The notes beneath the pieces were generated by a model. The model searched no databases, was not told the origin of the DNA, and was given only the letters and a program-made list of their open reading frames with translations. A stretch of DNA of 64,000 nucleotides, from the NCBI GenBank assembly GCA_040954595.2, contig CM082596.2, positions 3,090,656 through 3,154,655 of the forward strand. The letters are read 5' to 3'. Below, in pieces: positions 62,511 through 64,000 of the stretch. The stretch comes from Balanoglossus misakiensis (lineage: Eukaryota > Animalia > Hemichordata). Numbering within the stretch: position 1 is the stretch's first letter; each line of letters starts with the position of its first letter. Made by a program: the position numbers and the translations under genes.

Positions 62511-64000
62511 ATTGAAATGCTGAATATTCAGCTACCAGCCTTAGGAGTGCAGTATGAAATTGATGAGAAAATGGCCGGGAGGTAGTTTGGATCTTAGAAT
62601 CCGTGATTGTTGTTTATGTGCAGTCAGGAATCTAAGTCAGTCATTTCCATAATACTCCCCAATCATTCCTGGAAAATGATGCTTTCACAGATGAGGCATG
62701 CAGCATAATGGCCATAAGGCAGAAGCCTGTTTGAAGAAAAACAAGTCACTATACTCTAGCATTGTACCTATAATCTTTGAGAAAGTCCAACCAGTTGACA
62801 CTTGAGGATTCAAGATTTTGTTCTACGAATACCTGAGATTGAAACTTGCATTCTTTGGTCGTAAAACCCCACACCTCTCCGGAAAACGTCCATTACCCGA
62901 GAGATCCATCTCCATGAATCTGAAACAAAAGATGATCAGGAATGCCGGCTTTAATTTAAGAGGGTGACATAAAAGGATTTTAAGAGAATAGATTCGTAGT
63001 CGCACAGATAATGCGCCTCAATTTGTATTTTATTAGATGGCCTTGACCTTGAACTTTAAGTTCTGTTCAGCCCACTTGCAGATTTCCCCAAGTCATCACT
63101 TGGCCTTGATGTATTACCTGGGCCGATTTGTATGATTAATGTTCATGTTGAGATTTGCACAAAAATCTGTTGCTCTTTCGGTTTTCTATAAGAATACTCA
63201 TTTCATGATTGACCACAAAGAGGCGGGCGTACACAGAGAGATATAGTGAGTGTTGAGGTGTACTGTATCAAAGTATGCAAATAAAACAGTAAAATTAATA
63301 ATTATATTAAAACATAGCAGTAAATATGAATACATACATAGTTAATTGTAGCTTTTTTTTAAATATTGCTACGTAATGATCAGGTCACATGTCAAGAAAT
63401 GGGGCTGCAGTAGATTGCTTGTATCCGTTCATCTCAGTCACTGGTGCTCTTGTCTGCCGAACTCTCCATCCATCACTCTTTGTCTAACCAATGTTTATAT
63501 CTTAATTAAATTTCTGACGTATAAAAGTACATGTAATGCAGAAATTGAGGCCACCGATGCTATTAAACTTTGATCTTTGCTGGTTTTTTCAGCCAAGTCA
63601 CTCCGCATTATGCCTTTCCTAATTATTAGTAAGGGAAGGATTTCTTGACTTTCTCAGAACAAATATAGAGTCGCACATTATTTGAAATATTCTGATGTTT
63701 AAAAAATAAAACGCTGGCGATTTATGAGTGAAATCAGACGAGTTGTATTATAAAATGTGGCCGTGGCATCATTGAGAAATTGAGATTCATGAAAACAGTT
63801 GCTTTCTGAAAGATTAATTGTTCTATTTTGTTTCTTACAAACACTGAACACCTGTGGATTGTAAATGAACATTTATTAGTGCGTTTTTGATTTTCTTCTC
63901 GTGAATTTAGTAGAGTGTGGAGTGAAAGGTATTGTATGTACCTTCTCTTTGTTTGGCTTAAATGGCATTGCGAGATTGAATTTTTTTTTCAATATTGGAG

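Noticed and set aside
61444-62969. 14-bp inverted pair TGTCACCCTCTTAA / TTAAGAGGGTGACA 1.5 kb apart
   Set aside because: No TSD and no similarity beyond 14 bp; compatible with chance or two unrelated TTAA-element ends.
1-64000. CRISPR arrays, operons, rRNA, intact transposase or reverse-transcriptase ORFs
   Set aside because: None seen; the DNA is intron-rich eukaryotic sequence and all long ORFs are explained by the four genes.

Overview
Eukaryotic (invertebrate animal, plausibly a non-vertebrate deuterostome; inferred from intron structure and protein similarity) genomic DNA. Four spliced genes could be rebuilt by hand with GT-AG junctions and consistent phases: (1) the first five coding exons of an NBEAL1/2-like BEACH-family gene (minus, runs off the left edge); (2) a complete SOCS7-like gene (plus, 4 exons, ~686 aa), head-to-head with NBEAL across a ~545 bp bidirectional promoter; (3) a complete GMPPA gene (minus, 11 exons, ~423 aa, plus a candidate 27-nt microexon); (4) a complete GPR158/GPR179-like class C orphan GPCR (minus, 9 exons, ~914 aa, 19.5 kb first intron). 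I recognise no coding exon in 44.5-64 kb. No prokaryote-type system, CRISPR array, rRNA or tRNA was found. The best leads are a prohormone-like, furin-cleavable N-terminal extension on the GPCR, possible ancient SOCS7-GPR158/179 linkage, a duplicated RFX+TCTCGCGAGA module in the GPCR intron, the GMPPA microexon, and several tiny palindromic insertions. Protein identifications rest on remembered human sequences, not on a database search.
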